From positions 62,001 through 126,000 of the forward strand of contig MEDY01000069.1 in NCBI GenBank assembly GCA_001724265.1: a stretch of 64,000 bases of DNA, written 5' to 3'. How positions within the stretch are numbered: position 1 is the stretch's first letter; every line of letters begins with the position of its first letter. The DNA comes from Rhizaria sp. SCN 62-66 (taxonomy: Eukaryota). Positions 23,714 through 36,146 of this stretch are shown here, one piece after another. The notes beneath the pieces are model-generated. The model ran no database searches. It saw only the letters and a list, made by a program, of their open reading frames with translations, and had not been told where the DNA came from. The position numbers and the translations under genes were made by a program.

Positions 23714-26700
23714 CAGTTGAAGCAGCAAGGTCCCAGTGTGCCAGCGGGCGCTGCGTCCCCGACGACTGGCCGCAAGGGCAAGAGCAAGACCAACACCGCC
23801 GCCGTCGCCACTGCGTCTCATGTCGGCAGCGCCCTCCCGGCTGCTGTCATTGCAACCGGCGCTGTTGCTGAGGCCGGCAGCGCTGACCCGCTGCTCAGCG
23901 GCTCTGTTGGTGATTTGCCCCACTCACGATCGCTGCCCAACGCCGCTGCAGGCTCCGCGGCCGCCACTGCCGCCGCTGCCGTTGCTGCGCCTGCGCTCAC
24001 TGCGCCCTCGACGACCGCGTCGTTGTCGGGCAACGGGTCCATCAGCAGCACCACGGGTGAGAACAACAGCACACACAGTGCGCACACGGGTGCTCCGACA
24101 ATGACCGCTGCGTCTATCATTGCGCAGTCGCTGCCGATGCGCCGCTCTAACCTTGCGCTGCTTTCCGTCGTCTCTGGCGCAGCCCCCGCCCCGAGCCCTG
24201 CTGCCGCTGCGACTGGAGCTGGAGCTGGAGCTGGGTCCGCCTCTGTCCCGGCCACCGCGGCCGCGTCGTCCGTGACCGCGCTCTCGCACGCGCAGTCGAC
24301 GTCCAGCCCGACCACCACCGAGGCCGACGCCAGCGCGGCCGGGTCGGCGTCTGCGTCTGCGTCCACGACCGCGCCGGCGCTTCCCGTGACCGCCAGTGCT
24401 GCCACAAGCCAAGCCTCCACCTCTGGCGCTGGCTCTGGCACTGGCTCTAGCAGCACTCTGGTCGCGACCGCAGCGCCCTTCACGGCCTCACGCAGCAGCT
24501 TCAGCACCACGCCCATTCTCGCTGCATTGCACAACATCAACAGCTCTGGAGGCGGCCGCAACGGCGGCGGCGGTGGCGGCAGCGCGCGCGGCAGCTTCCA
24601 GGCCCTTAACAGCAGCGGCGTCAGCGGCGTCAGCGGCGGGGGCGGCGGCGGCAGTGGGACGCCGCTGGGCCCATCCCCGCGCGTGTCGCTGTCCACGCCC
24701 GTCGCCGGCCCCATGCCGATGCACCACGGCCCTCACGGCGGCCCTCACGGCGGCCCTGTGCTGGCCACCGGCGGGCTCGGGCTTGGGCTCAGCGTCATGG
24801 TCCCCGCGCTTCCCTTCCCCGCCCTCGCGACGTACGGCGCGACTGCGCACAATGCGAACCTCCAGCCTCAGTCCCAGGCTCAGTCTCAGACCGGAGTCGA
24901 GGGCGGCCGCACCGCGCCGTTGTCGCCGGTGTCGCAGTGGCTGTCGCAGGCCGTGGGCGTGGACGACAGCGCCGTGACCGCGCTGGCGGGCGTGCTACAG
25001 GCGGCGCACTGGGAGCAGCAGTGGGCCGACGCAGTGCTGCAGCATCAGCACCAGCAGCAGCACCAGATGCAGTATTTCCACCACTACCACCAGCACCACC
25101 ACGGCCACGGACACGGACACGGACACCACCACTACCGCAGTAAGCACAACAACAATAACAACAGCGGTGCTGCGTCAGGCGGCAACGCCAGCGGTGCCAC
25201 TGATGGTGGTGGCGGCGGCGGCGGCTACGGCAGAAACGCGCACTCTGGCGGCGGGGGCGGCAACGCGCAGCAGCCCGGGAGCAGCCAGTCGCGGCGCAGC
25301 GCGAACCGTGCAAGTCAGCATGCTCAGCAGGCTCAGTTCAACCACGGCTTTGCGAGCAATCCCAGCTACAACAACAACAACAACAACAACACTGCAAACG
25401 CTCAGAGTGGTGGTGCGAGTGCGAACACAACGTCCCATCCTGTACCTGCTGCCTCTGCGGCCAGTGCCGCTGTCGCTGCGCCCGCTGAGAGTGTGGCTCA
25501 AACGGCTCCTTCGTCATCTTCGGCTGCCAATGCTGCCATTACAGCGAGCGGCGCCGCCGCTGCCCCGGCGGCTGATGCAACTGTGAGCACTGTTAACGCC
25601 TCGAAGACGACCAAAACTGCTGAGAACACTGAGAACAGCAGTAGCGCTGCGCCTAGTGCAGACGCGACTGCAGCTGCAACATCTACTGTCGAGACTTCGA
25701 CTGCGAGCGCGGCTGAGGGTAGTGCGAGCAACGATGCTAAGGCTGCGCCTGTGCCAGCCTTAGATGCTGCTTCGTTGGCGGTTGATGTTGCTACTTCAGC
25801 CTCTCGTGTGAGCTCAAAGGGCACAAAGAGCAAGAATGCTTCCGGCAAGCAGACACCAAAAACTCTACCACAGCAACAACAACAGCAGCAACCGCAACAA
25901 CAACAGCAGAAGACCGGCGCCACCAACGCTGCCAAGAAGAACAAGAACGCTGTCGCCATCAACATGAGCTCCAACGCCAACGCCAACGCCGCCGCGGCCG
26001 CCGCGACTGCGATCGCGGCGGCGAGCACGGTCGCCGCAGGCATTTCCGCCGCCACTGCCCAGGCCTCCGCCCACGGTCACCTCGCCGGCCGCGGCTCGTT
26101 CTCGCAGCCGCACCACAGCGGCGCCTTCTTTGCGCAGCCGTACCAGCAGCAACAGCAGCAGTACCAGGCGTTCCCGCCGCAGACCGCGCAGTTCCAGCCG
26201 CCGTTCGCGCCCCCGCCCGGCCCGTACCACTACCAGGCCGTGTTCGTGCCATACGCGGGCCAGCAGCCGTCACAAGCGCCGTCGCAGGCGCCGTCGCAAG
26301 CGCATCTGTCGTACCAGCAGCAGCCGCAGACACCGGCGCAGGCGCATGTGCAAGCGATCTCGCAGCTGCACATGCAGAACCAGCTGCAGCAGCAACAACA
26401 GCTGGCGCTTGCACAACAGCAACAGCAGCAGCAGCAGCCGCCTCCTGCTGCTAATCAGAACTCGCAAAACGCATCACAACCTCAACCTCACCCTCAGTCC
26501 CAGAGCCAGATGCCGCCGCAGACTCAAGGACCGGTTGCTGGTGGCAGTGCGCCGCCCTCCGTGACCGTCTCCCAGGCTGACGCGGCCGCGCAGCTGCTTG
26601 GCCACGCACAAGGGAGCCAGCCGGGGTCGATGTCACTGCCATTGTCGTCGACCGCGTCCGGGCCTCCGTCGTCACAGCCCCAGTCGCGGCCGCAGTCGCA

Positions 26701-29071
26701 GGCGCCGTCGCGCGTCCAGTCGCGCACGCAGTCCCAGGCGCAGACGCGGCCGCAGTCGCGCTCGCAGCAACAGCAGCAGCAGTCTCCGCAGCAGCCGCAG
26801 TTGCAGTCGCAGTCGCACGCGCAGGTTCTGGTGACGGCGCCGTTTCCCGGCGTCTCGGGCTCGGTGACCGCTGGCGCGACGCCGCAGTACTCGCCGCTGT
26901 CGGGTGTGTCGCGCGCGCACACGCCGCAGGCCGCCGGCGCCGCGGCCGCGCCCGCCGTGCCCGCCAGCGTGGCCGCCAGCGTAGCCGCCAGCGTAGCCGC
27001 CACCGTGGCCGCTCTGAACGTCGCGCTGGCTGCGTCGACTGCGCCCGCGTCGTCGCCGCCCACGCCCGTGACCGCGTCGCTGACCGCGGGCACCGCGGGG
27101 AGGTCGGCTGCAGACGCCGCCACAGGATCCGCCACAGGTTCTCCGCAGCCGCCGCAGCAGTCTGGGCTGACGGGACAGGGCTCGAGCAGTCGGGTGAACA
27201 CGGCCACGCCCCTTATTGGGCTTGCGAGCGCGACCGCGAACGAGCCCAGAGCCGCTTCTGCGACTACTGAGACTGCTGTATCATCTGCGCAGATCACTGG
27301 CAACGCGAAGAGCAACAGCAAGACTGCGCGTCACACCCGCACTGTCACCAGCCCAGCCGCGCCCGGCACGGCCGCCGCGTTCGCTGAGTCGAGCATCGCG
27401 CCCAGCAGCGCGCGCGGCAGCGTGAACAGAGCGCGCGGCGGCTCGCTCGCGCTCGCCGGCAGCGAGGCCGACGCGGCTACCGCGGGGCCGGGCACGGTCT
27501 CGGGCACGGTGTCGGGCCGGAGTACGCCGCAGCAGCAGTTCCGCACTGGCCCCGCGCAGAGCCAGCGTAACCGCCAGCAGATACAACAGCAGTATCAGCA
27601 ACAGCAGTATCAGCAGCAGCAGCAAGGGCACTACTCGCCGCAGCAGCCGTACGCGCCGCCACTGTCCGCCACTGGTTTCTATGGCCCTTACGGGTCTCCT
27701 TCGTCGCCGCAGCAGCCGCTGTCTCCGCTGGCATCGCAGCAGCAGCCGCAGGCGCCTGCGCCTGCGCATGCGCCTGCGCAGTACGCTTACGCCTACGCAC
27801 CGGGACCGGGCTACACGTACGTCCCTGTCTTCACTGCCCACGGTCACCCGGCCGCCCACGGTCTCCCCGCAGGTCCCGGCGGCGTCGCGGCAGCCCCAGT
27901 CTTCGCGCCCCCAGCCGCGCTCCCGGCCAGCCACTCTGCCCACGTTTCCTCGGGCCCCGGCGCCGCCGCCCACGGTCACGGCCACGGCCACCACCTGTCG
28001 CTGGCTCCGGCGCCGGGGCAGCACGGGCAGCACGGGCAGGCGGTTTGGGTGCCGGCCAGCGCCAGCGCGGGCCACCCGTCGTCGTTGCCTCCGCCGCAGC
28101 CGCACTCGCCGCCGCAGCAGCAGGTGGTGCACGTGCCCGCGGGCAGCCAGCTTGTGAGTCACGAAGGCATCGTGTACCTCGTGCCTGCGGGCGCTCATGT
28201 CGTCGCCGCTGCGCCCGCGTCAGTGCCAGCGCCCGCGTCTGTGCCTGCGCCCGCGCCTGCACCTGCGCACGCCGGCATCAGCAACAACAGCAGCGGCAGC
28301 AGCACCGAGTACTCGCACGCTGGCGCCGCGGGCGCGGCCGCAACTGCGGCTACGACTCCGCAACACCAGTACCCAGCGCAGCCGTCGCACCTCCCGTATC
28401 CAATGTCTCAGTACCTCCCCGGCGGCCAAGCGCCACCGCCGCCGACGCAGGGCCCGGCGCTGGGCCAGCCCTACGCGCAAAGGCCCTACTTGCAAGGGCC
28501 CGGGTACGGCTACCCGCACGGTCAAGCGTATGGCTACGGCCAAGCGCACAGCCACGGCCAGCCGGGCCAGCCGCCGCGCGGCAACAACCGCCAGCGGAAC
28601 AACAACAACAACAACAGCAACCATAACAAGCACGGTCGCCATGGCCAAAACAGCGCAGCCGCTGATGTGGCCGGCGCTGAGGCCGCTGCGGGCGAGAAGT
28701 CGCCCGCGCCCGCCGGCGAGCAGCCCCACGGCCAGCAGCAGTGGGGCGCGGACATGCTGGGGGGCTCGCTGCCGGCGCATTACGCGGCCGCTGTGGCGAA
28801 CGGCACGATCACGGTCAACGTCAGCAGCAACAGCGGCGTGCTCTACTCGCCCGTGCCGCAGGTGCAGCCGCAGCTGCAGTACGGCGCGCCGCAGCAGCCG
28901 TACTACGTGCCGCACCAGCAGCACCAGGGACGTTCACACCATCATCAGCATGGACAACGCCAAAGTCATAGCCAGGGCCAGGGCCATGGCCAGGGCCAAG
29001 GCCTGGGACAGGGACAGGGACAGCAACGTCAACGTCAGCCTCGGCAGAATGTCAACAAACCGAGTCAGTGA
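17786..29071 (+). CDS. Giant Pol-beta-superfamily nucleotidyltransferase (PAP/OAS1 substrate-binding-domain type), about 3713 aa; exons 17786-17899 and 18044-29071; in-frame TAG at 18293-18295
   Basis: Catalytic motif VYGSGPRSVALPGGDIDIGVL lies upstream of the TAG. Downstream in the same frame: EVKLLKCQVDGIPVDVSVN, LLKRSVMLVKAWALKEARLLASRHYLLSSYAVETMV, FDFSRFAVSLAGP and VVDPLDAGNNIARAVS. Intron GTATGT...TAG at 17900-18043. TGA stop. Confidence 0.8.
23651..23710 (+). repeat. Coding CAG microsatellite: CAA(CAG)19, poly-Gln 20
   Basis: Directly visible uninterrupted CAG run inside the nucleotidyltransferase ORF. Confidence 0.9.
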
Positions 29072-29601
29072 GGACTACACTTGGACTTCTATCTCGAACA
29101 TTTAGCTTTTATTTAGAACTTTATTATTTTACCATACATTTATTTCCATTTTATTGTCATTCATTTTTGTCACTGTTGCTTGCCGTCATGATTTGTTGCT
29201 GCATCGTTTTGTCCCACAGTCGGCATTCAATTTGACTTATGAGACTCACGCCTCGTCAAAATATATCTTAAAATAACACATCTCGAAGTTTCGCAAGTCA
29301 TCTATCATGGTTGGTCTTTTATGTAATCTTTATTTCTCATACTTGTATGATATTTTTTGTGGATTGCAACATGCTGACACCGCTGCCTCCAAAGCAGACA
29401 CCAACGGACAGGACGAATCGTTCCAAATGACCTCCCCGCGTACGCCAAATTGATCGTTAAAATGCAAAACAAACACAATTTCATATATTGCGTTGCAAGA
29501 AACTAATAATTTATATTTGATTTATTTCCGGGCTTTTGTTCTTTGTCCTTTCTCCAGTCTCTTTCACTGAGCACCTTGAAGGACTGTCCAAGGCACTCTT
29601 C

Positions 29602-31842
29602 ATGGTTGCGCCGTCCTTCACAGACTCGTCTAAGGACGTTGGCTGGTGGTGGAACCTCATTGTTCTTACTACCGTTATCATTGTGGTTCTTTTTGTCGGT
29701 GGCATGGTCTTCGAAAATGCGCCAGACTACGGTGTAAACCTCATGGAAGAGGACAGCTCCTCGTCTGTTCAGTCCATTGTCTTGCTCGATCATTCCAGCT
29801 ACGACGACGCCAAACGCGCTGCCCGCACGACGCCTAACGAGGATAACCAGCTGTACTCCCCTATTTCACACATGGAGCATGCGTAGCAGAGCGCCAAGCT
29901 GTTCAACTACACCTTCCCACCCTGGCCCGCGTCTGCTGCGCCTCACTCGCCGCCCGTCGCTGCGGCTCCGCAACAGCAACAGCAACAGCAACAGCAGGCG
30001 CAGCGCCCCCGTGCCCCCGCGGACTGCGCAGTTATTGTACAGCTTGCGTGCACCGAGCTCGGCCGTTATCTCACCGCGCAAGCGCCTCTCTGGTCTCTCG
30101 GCGTCGCCACCGCTCCTTTCGGCGTCATTCCGCCGCAGCACCGCGTCTTCTCCCCGAGCTTCGCAGTGGAGACCGTGCACTCGTACAGCATCGAGAACGT
30201 TGAGAACCGCAACGCATACTACCCATCGATCCCGCGCAACCCGGCGACGGACGCGCTGGTGGTCGCCAGGAGGCTCAGACTCACCGTGACGCTCGCCATC
30301 GCGCCGACTGCGACTGGCTTCGGATTCACGAAGAGTGGCAAGAGCACCAACAAACACAGTGGTGACGAGAGCAGCATTGAGAGGAACGGCGGTGACGCGA
30401 GTGCTGCTGTGGATCGCGATGCTGAGAACAGCACTGGCGACGACGGCAGCCAAGACGTTCGCACTGAGGCTCACCCAGATGCCGGCTCCGGCTCCGTCAG
30501 CGTGTCGTCCGTGCGCGCCGAGGCGATCGTGCAGTGCTCGTGGGACGGCGCCTGCCACGTGCACGGCGTGCTCTGGCGCTCGCCTTACCCGATTCCGCTG
30601 CGCCCGAGCCCGTCCCCGTTCTTCACGCCGCTTGCGCCCGCGCTGCCGGTCCCTGCGCACAGCTACGCACCGGACGCCCCCGTAGGGCTGGGCACGTTGC
30701 GCGTGATGAACGCGAACATCTGGAACTACAACCAGTGGCCCGCGCGGCGCCCGCTGCTCACGCAGGAGTTTTCACGCTGGCTGCCCGACGTGGTGCTGCT
30801 GCAGGAGGTCCGCGGGCGCCACACAGGCTTCCTCCGCTGGCGGTACCACCAGGCGCCGGCGCTGGCGGACGACTTCGCGCGCGTGGTCGGCGGGCCCGTG
30901 GGGTTCGTGTCCACGGCGACGGCGCAATTTGACGACGCGCACCCCGAGGAAGAGGGCGTGGCCATCCTCTCACGGCTGCCGATCCTCGACTACGGCTGGC
31001 TGGTGCTGAGTTCCAAGGGGTCGATCCACAGTGACGGGATGCCGCGGCGCGTGATCTGGGCCCACGTCGCGCTGCCCAGCGGCGACACGGTCATCGTTGC
31101 CACTGTGCACCTCACGCTCACGGCGCACGCGCGCGCGCGGCACTACGTGGAGATCGGGCAGTGGTGCGAAGACCTGCGCGCGGCCAAGGGCGGCGTGCCG
31201 CTGCTGCTGAGCGGTGACTTCAACGAGATCCTCTCGCGGCTTCCGGTGCACCCGTTCTTCAGTCGCGGTTTTGTCGACGCTGCGCAGCAGGTGTACGACG
31301 ACGAGGACGATGCGAGGGAAGCCGCTGCCTCCGCCGCTGCCGCTGCTGGTGACGGCGCTTTGGCCGGGACTGTGGGCGCGTCTGCTGAGTCGGAGTCGCT
31401 GACTGCGACCGCCAACACCAAGAGCGGCGACGGTGACAGCAACACCGCCGCGGCTGCTCCTGTGGCTGCCGTCGCTGGCTCTGACGCCGCCAAGGCCAAG
31501 AAGAAGCGCCGCCAGACCCCGTTCACGTTCCCCACCGACGCGCCGAGGAAGCTGATCGACCACATCTTCATCCACGGGCCCGCGCACGCCGTGGCGTACT
31601 CGATCGCGGGCGACAAGATGACCGGCACGATCTTCCCCTCGGACCACCTGTTTAACGTTGCGGACATTGACGTGGGCAAAGCTGAGGGGGTCAAGGAGGG
31701 CGGGTATGGAGCAGGGATCCCGCGGTGGCCTCGGCCGAGTGCCGCAACAGCAGCCGGTGGTGCCGGTGGTGGTCACGGTGCGGGGGCTAGCGAAGGAAAG
31801 GAGGAGGAGGAAGTCGGGGACTCGAAGCTCGATGAACTGTGA
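29602..31842 (+). CDS. Endonuclease/exonuclease/phosphatase (EEP) family protein with N-terminal membrane anchor, 746 aa if the in-frame TAG at 29884-29886 is decoded
   Basis: TM segment WWWNLIVLTTVIIVVLFVGGMVF. EEP motifs LRVMNANIW, PDVVLLQEV, GVAILSRLP, ATVHL, LSGDFNE, LIDHIF and PSDH. ORF-track pieces 29536-29886 and 30166-31842 share one frame with only the TAG between them. Ends KLDEL-TGA. Confidence 0.8.
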
Positions 31843-32324
31843 GATAGGCTGTGGTGCCTGATTGAATTACGCTATTTAGTTGTTGTCAGTTTGATTTCGT
31901 TTGTTTGCAGTCATCTTTAATCGTGTTGCGCTATGAGCGTTACTAATAATAGGTTATGGTTGTTCGGGATCATAATGAAGGCCTATCTGGAAGATATCTC
32001 AATAAATGATGAAAATCCAGTATTGATTTAGAATACTCAAATATTAAGAACTATTGAACTTATTCACATAAATGGTGCGTTGTAACGTAATTTTTGGTGC
32101 CGTTGGACAAGGACTCGATTGAGGGACGAAGAGTGCAACCTGGTTGACGACCCTGACATTGAATGTCTTTGTGGCATGGTAGAGTCCGTCAAATAAGATT
32201 TAGAGACCACAGCCATATTGAAAGCTCTAATTATTTCCATTTCCCTTTTTGATAATTTGCTAATGTGCTTTTGTAACTTAGGTTGGTGCTCTGATTGCAT
32301 ACGGGAGTCGAGCAAACAACTACC

Positions 32325-34399
32325 ATGACCTCGCACAGCTGCTTTTGTGCTGCGTGGGGCAGCATTGACGAGCGTCACGCCACTGAGACTTCCATCGAAC
32401 AGATTGCTACCGAAGAGAAGTGCCGCGAGACCTATGAACGCTGGATCAAGTCTTTCCCTGTCAACAGCAACACGTACGTTCACGCTGTTCACTCCCTATC
32501 TCATCTCCGCTTCATAATGCAATGACATCCCAGCAACCCATTTAGACGTTATTGACATAATTCTTATTCCAATCATGCATACACCTTCATGATCTTTTTC
32601 TGTATTTTAGCGCGACTATCTGGCGCGAGGACACGATCCACTGGATGCGTCTGGGCCTGCGCTCGCTGCCCGGCCGCATGGCTGGCCTCGAAGCCTCGCT
32701 CCCCTGGCTCTGCTACTGGATGCTCCACTCTCTCGAGCTTCTCAACGGCCTCTCCTCCATTCCCGCGCGCCAGCTTGAGGCCACGGTCGACTTCTTGATC
32801 TCGCTGCAGCACCCCACGGGCGGCTTCGGCGGCGGCCATGGCCACGCGCCGCACGTGCTGTCGACCTACGCCGCCGTGCTCTCGCTCTGCATCCTCGGCC
32901 ACGAGCTCAAGTGCTTTCCCGCCGTCGTTGCGCGCATTGACCGCGCTGGGCTGCGTGCTTTCTACGAGCGCATGAAGGTGACCGATCCTAACGACGAATC
33001 GTATGGCGGCTTCCGCGTGTGCGACGGCGGCGAGATCGACACCCGCGCCGTGTTCGGTGTCGCCATCGTCGCCTCGCTGCTCGACGTGCTCCGCGACAAC
33101 TGGGCAGACCCCGTGCCCTCGGCTGCGGCCGCCGCGGCGTTTGCGGCCACGCGCGCGGGCTCCGTCGCCGTGCTCCCGCAGCCCGCGACCGTGGGCATCT
33201 CGAGTACCACCGGTTCCCCCGCCGCCGCGGGTGGCTGCGCGCTGATGACGGGCACGGTTGCGTGGCTGTCTCGCTGCCAGACCTGGGAGGGCGGCATTGC
33301 TGCCGAGCCCGGCAACGAAGCCCACGGCGGCTACGCCTACTGCGGGCTGGCCGTGCTGCTCATGCTCGGCGCGCCCGACGCCGTGGACCTCGACGGGCTG
33401 CTCAAGTGGGCCACGCTGCGCCAGGTGCCCTACGAGGGCGGCTTCTCGGGCCGCAGCAACAAGCTAGTTGACAGCTGCTATTCTTTCTGGGTCGGCATCC
33501 TCTTCCCCTTGATTCACGAAGCCAAGGCGCAGATCGCCGACCGCCTCGCTAACACCGTGCTCGGCACCACCGTGATCTCCGGAGACAGCGCCAACTCCAG
33601 CTCCACCGCCTGCGCGGCCGGCGTGGGCATCGACGCCGCGGGCGAGGTGGAGCGCGTGGCGGCCCGCTACCGCGCGCTCGCCGGCACGCTGCCCGAGACC
33701 GAGAACGGCTGGCTGTTCGACCAGCGCGCGATGCAGACCTACATCTTCGGATGCTGCCAGGACCCCACGCCGGCCTTCGGGCTTCGCGACAAGCCGGGCA
33801 AGGGCGTCGACTTCTACCACACGTGCTACGGGCTCTCGGGGCTCTCTGTCGCGCAGCACTCGCTGTCCAGCCTGACCGAGGCGCAGGCCGCGGCGGCCGC
33901 GAAGGAACACAACGCGAACGCCGCGGCCGCTGTGGCTGCAAGCGCCGCTGCGGCCGCCGCGGCCGCGACTGAGAGCGCCAACTCGGACGGCGACGTGTAC
34001 TACGATCCCGACAACGCGGCGTTTAACCCCGACTCCGACACGGACGCCGACGGCGCCAAGAAAGCCACCGCGGCGAACGTCGCAGACGCCCACGATGACA
34101 CCGCGTCGCCGGCCACGTTCGCGGCCTTCAGCGATGGCTTCAGCGCCGGCGACGGCAGCGCGCCCGTCTCGGCCGCCGCCACGGCCTCGGCCGACGCGGC
34201 CGCGGGCGGCGCGTGCCTCAAGATCTCGGGCGCCGTGACGATCGGCGCGCCCGACAGTCTGCTGCAGCCGACGCACCGCATCTACAACGTCTGCCCCGCG
34301 GTCGTCGACACCGTGTTCGCGTACTGGGGCGAGCGGGCCGCCGCGGCGGCGGGCGCGGCGGGGGCTGCGGGCGTGGTCGTCGAGGTCGACGACGAGTGA
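32325..34399 (+). CDS. FNTB: Protein farnesyltransferase subunit beta, 645 aa, 2 exons (32325-32473, 32611-34399)
   Basis: Motifs LEASLPWLCYWMLHSL, GGFGGGHGHAPHVLSTYAAV, CQTWEGG...EAHGGYAYCGLA, EGGFSGRSNKLVDSCYSFW and LRDKPGKGVDFYHTCYGLSGLS. Intron GTACGT...TAG. Confidence 0.93.
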
Positions 34400-34460
34400 G
34401 TGAGCGAGCCAGTCAGTAAGTCACCGCCGACCAGTGAGTCAGTGAGTGCGAGCGAGTAAA
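34394..34460. repeat. Degenerate tetranucleotide (GAGT/CAGT) repeat at the 3' end of the FNTB gene
   Basis: gagtgagtgagcgagccagtcagtaagtca...cagtgagtcagtgagtgcgagcgagt. Confidence 0.5.
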
Positions 34461-34805
34461 ATGACTGCGAGCGGCAGCTCGAAGATGGAAGTGTGCCAAC
34501 TGACTGATATGGTCAGTTCAGGCACTATTGTAGGGCCATCCAAATACATATGTGATTATCTTAACTGTTAACAAAATGAAAGTTATTGTATTGTCTTTAA
34601 ACAAGGAGCAAGTCAGAATCAATGAATGGCCTTCTTTCATATCAAGTCACCGCAAATCAAGCGTAATATCACACGTGCATGATCGCAATCGTTTTGCTCA
34701 GACTGTGTGAAAGATTGTGTTGCAAGCAGAGCTCAGACTGTATGCACAAAAGAGCTGTGATGCAAGTGTTGCTCAGTCAGTACTCAGTCAGTATTCTGAC
34801 GGCAC

Positions 34806-35617
34806 TCAGACAGGGAGCAACGCGGTGAGCGGCGGAGAACCACCGTGTTTCATACCGCCCTTGCCTCCCTTGGCTGGGTACTGGTTCGTGTAGATAGCAT
34901 AGCCGATGATGGTGAGGTAGACGACGATGAACGTCGCGAGCACAAAAGCGGGCCCGTGCGGGTTGAGTCCGTCGATGGTCTTGACGTTGCCCTCCATCAT
35001 GAGCGCGCGGCGGTGGTAGAACCCGTGCAGGCCCCAGAAGACGAACGAGAACGCCGCGGCCCAGGTGAGGAGGATAATGTACATACGGTACTTGTCCGAG
35101 TTCGTAAAGTAGTTGAGCATGAAGGTGCCGATGGCGGAGATGTGGAGCGCGGCGAAGAGGTACTTGAAGAAGGTGCGCTCGTTGGTCATCAGGAGCTTGA
35201 CGTCGTACTATAGGGGCGAATCGAAAAGGAAAAACAAATGATGCACGTGGAAATACATATGTGAGTCATTGATGCTGCTAAGTATGGATCTTATATGTGA
35301 ATGAAAGTTCACAGTGAAGCTGGACACGAGATACACAAGTAGAGACAACAAAGCAAAGCATGTGCTTGCAAGTAACGAGTCACATGGAAGATGGGACGAA
35401 CCTTGTTTTGGCTGCTAGCAGGCGCAGCACGGAGCTCAAAGACCTCACCAGACGGAGTGATGAATTCGACAGTGTCGGCAACGCCAGCGTCCTCGTCGTC
35501 GGAGTCGTCGTGGTGCTTGTTCTTCTTCTTGTCCTTCTTGCGCTTGCGGACCTGGCCGTCATTCTGGTACGACGGTGCGTCGATGTCGAGCGCGACAAAA
35601 GGGTTCTCCAGACTCAT
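34806..35617 (-). CDS. DUF202-domain three-TM protein (Vtc1-like), 205 aa, 2 exons (35617-35402, 35207-34806)
   Basis: KLLMTNERTFFKYL resembles the VTC/DUF202 ANERTFLxW motif. Three hydrophobic helices follow, the last after DGLNPHGP. Intron GTTCGT...TAG is in frame. TGA stop. Confidence 0.75.
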
Positions 35618-35858
35618 TGTTATGATTGTCAATGCAGGTGTCTGGGCTGGTTAGCTAAGCTTGTGCAGGCACGGAGGCACGAGGAAAGAGACGGGAGTCC
35701 GCTCGGGAGATGAGTCGGAAGGCAGTGTCATGAGCAAACGCATAGATGAGCAAGATAGAGTCTACAAGAAATATTATAAAACGATTGAATAGTCTGTTCA
35801 TGCTTAAATGTGATGTTAAAATGCCAGAGAAATCTACATGGTTTGCATGCTACACATA

Positions 35859-35866
35859 TGACGTCA
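35859..35866. promoter_or_regulatory. Perfect CRE-like palindrome TGACGTCA upstream of the DUF202 gene (candidate promoter element)
   Basis: Palindrome about 240 nt upstream of ATG 35617. The same 7-mer core recurs in several other upstream regions (see findings). Confidence 0.3.
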
Positions 35867-36146
35867 AGTGAGCATCTCCTCCAGGCACAGCCTGACCCCC
35901 ACTCGGCCGCCACTTGCAGCCGTCACGGGTCGCACTCTTTAGTCAAATCCGTATCAACGTTGATGGGATGACAAAGGAGCAATCCGAACAGTAAGAAGTT
36001 ATATTAGAGAAAATGTATTATCATGTGAATAAAAAAACTGCGTGTCATCAAATGTGTTATCCTCCCGACCTATCAATCATCCATACGCTTGCTTGCGTCA
36101 ACATCCCAGCATTCATCAACCATCATCCATCATCAGCAAGCTGCGT

